Assembly: GCF_902459465.1 (NCBI RefSeq)
Contig: NC_047080.1
Span: 6,820,001-6,884,000 of the forward strand
DNA from: Asterias rubens
Lineage: Eukaryota
Direction of reading: 5' to 3'
DNA length: 64,000 nucleotides
Shown here: in pieces, positions 62,421 through 64,000 of the stretch
Position numbering within the stretch: position 1 is the stretch's first letter
How the letters are laid out: each line of letters starts with the position of its first letter
Made by a program: the position numbers and the translations under genes
The notes under the pieces: model-generated
What the model was told of the DNA's origin: nothing
The model's database searches: none
What the model saw: the letters and a program-made list of their open reading frames with translations, nothing else

Positions 62421-64000
62421 AAAATATTGTAAGTGTAGAATGCCAGAAGTTGTTATTGTTACAATAACATATTATTGCCGTTATTTTTTTATAAGGTTCA
62501 CTTTCGTTACAAAGTTGACCTTGCAACAAGGGAGATTTTGCAGGGCAGTCACTATCACTCAGGGACCTACATGTACATGTATTTTATAATTACATTCAGC
62601 ATAGAAGATACAAAGTTTCCACATCAGTATTCCAAACTTGAACCAGGGAGAGTCGTCAGCTCTGATGGTTAAACGCGAAAAGCATATAATAATTGTAAGT
62701 AATATCCTGCTTCTGTCAATGATGGCTCATTGAAAACGGATCGGCATACGACAATAAACATTGATGTTGCTGGGAATGCTGGCAACCAGTAGTGGCTAGT
62801 GTATCATTACAACACCAGATAAGACCCACAGCAAGTGCATCACAGACAATGCACACCAGGAGGTGTTTAAATAAAGCGTGGGGGCCCCAATTGTTTAATC
62901 ACCACTTGGCTTTGGGACCCAGCTAAACCACAAGGTGCGAATGCAGCTTTATATGGGTATGTTCAGACAGCGTACTGAGTTAGACCCGAACCGGTTTAAC
63001 TTTTACGAGCAGCAGGGGGTAATCGTAAAAATAAAATCCCTTTGCGTTCAGACAGCACTGAGTTAAACCCGATCTGGTTTATCTTTGGTTTTAAGAGGTC
63101 AAAGAAAACGCGACCCCGTTACTCTAACATCCTGTTTATTGTCCTGTTCATTGGTCACCGTGTGTTTATGTAATGATTACGGAGGTCAATGGGTCGCCTG
63201 TTGTGAGTTAAACCAGATGTGGTCTTTTTTATTCTGTCCACACACAGGGTACGTTCAGGCGTGGGGTTAAACTAGTCCTTAATCCAAAAGTGCTAAACTA
63301 ACCCTGCGTGGGAACGCAATATTCTGGTCCGCGAGGGTTAATTAAACTAAACCAAAAAAATTGATGTACTAGCCTAACTTAGCCCAGGTTTTACGACCAA
63401 CCCCCCGCTGCGAGGCCCAGTAAACCATCATTGGAACGCAACTGACCTGCTACATCCGGTCTGTTTTAGCCCAAATGACCGCGGCAACAAAGGTGACGTC
63501 ATTCCACATGTATGGATGGATCGGCAGCGAGTATTGGGTGGTGTCTGCATGAATCCATGGAGCTACACTATAATATCTCCTTGCGTCTCTCCGCTGCCTT
63601 CCCTTTCTGTTACCATTAAGTGTTGGGGCCCGGTATTCCTCTTCGCCGAAAATGTTTGAAATGGACGTCGCACGAAAACAAGTTCTCATTTTTAGTAGCA
63701 CTTTTCAGCTTTTAAATTCACTTCTTCTGTGCGCAACGCTACTTTATGATAACGAACGGGTTTTGCTTTGAAGAAAGTGGCATCTAATCACAGCTAAGCT
63801 ACACACACGGGATCGACAATATTAAGACCAAAGTTTGGGTTCGAAAGCTAGGTTGTATCTGGTTCCTGCCCTCAACAACTTTACGTAACAGTTATACGAG
63901 TACCACATTAATGTTGAATTGAAAAACAATTTTTAACGTAACATGAGAATGTGTGTAGGCTACGACTTCTCAATGACTAAGTTGTGATATATTTACAAAA

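Overview
Eukaryotic, AT-rich, repeat-dense genomic DNA from an invertebrate. An abundant MITE that I recall from Asterias-type sea stars suggests an asteroid echinoderm, but this is recollection only. There is one 100-N gap (25544-25643). No rRNA, tRNA or CRISPR array is seen. The only host gene is Roquin (RC3H1/2 orthologue) on the minus strand, with four in-phase coding exons (53385-53537, 39413-39545, 38321-38442, 36700-36812) encoding the C-terminal ROQ/HEPN region and the CCCH zinc finger. The rest is largely nested mobile DNA. The most striking structure is a 13.4-kb IS3EU-like DNA transposon (96-13544) with TAC...GTA ends, a 6-bp TSD (TAAAAC) and an uninterrupted DDE transposase ORF. 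Its 1.0-1.3 kb terminal inverted repeats are arrays of a 31-bp palindrome-containing unit, and it encloses a second inverted pair of 237-bp satellite arrays. Also present: a CACTG/EnSpm derivative with a local empty-site paralogue, hAT remnants, three divergent DIRS1-type tyrosine-recombinase retrotransposons all co-oriented with Roquin, a Harbinger-like insert, two inverted hAT MITEs bracketing a Roquin exon, an RTE-like LINE fragment, and several mini- and microsatellites.
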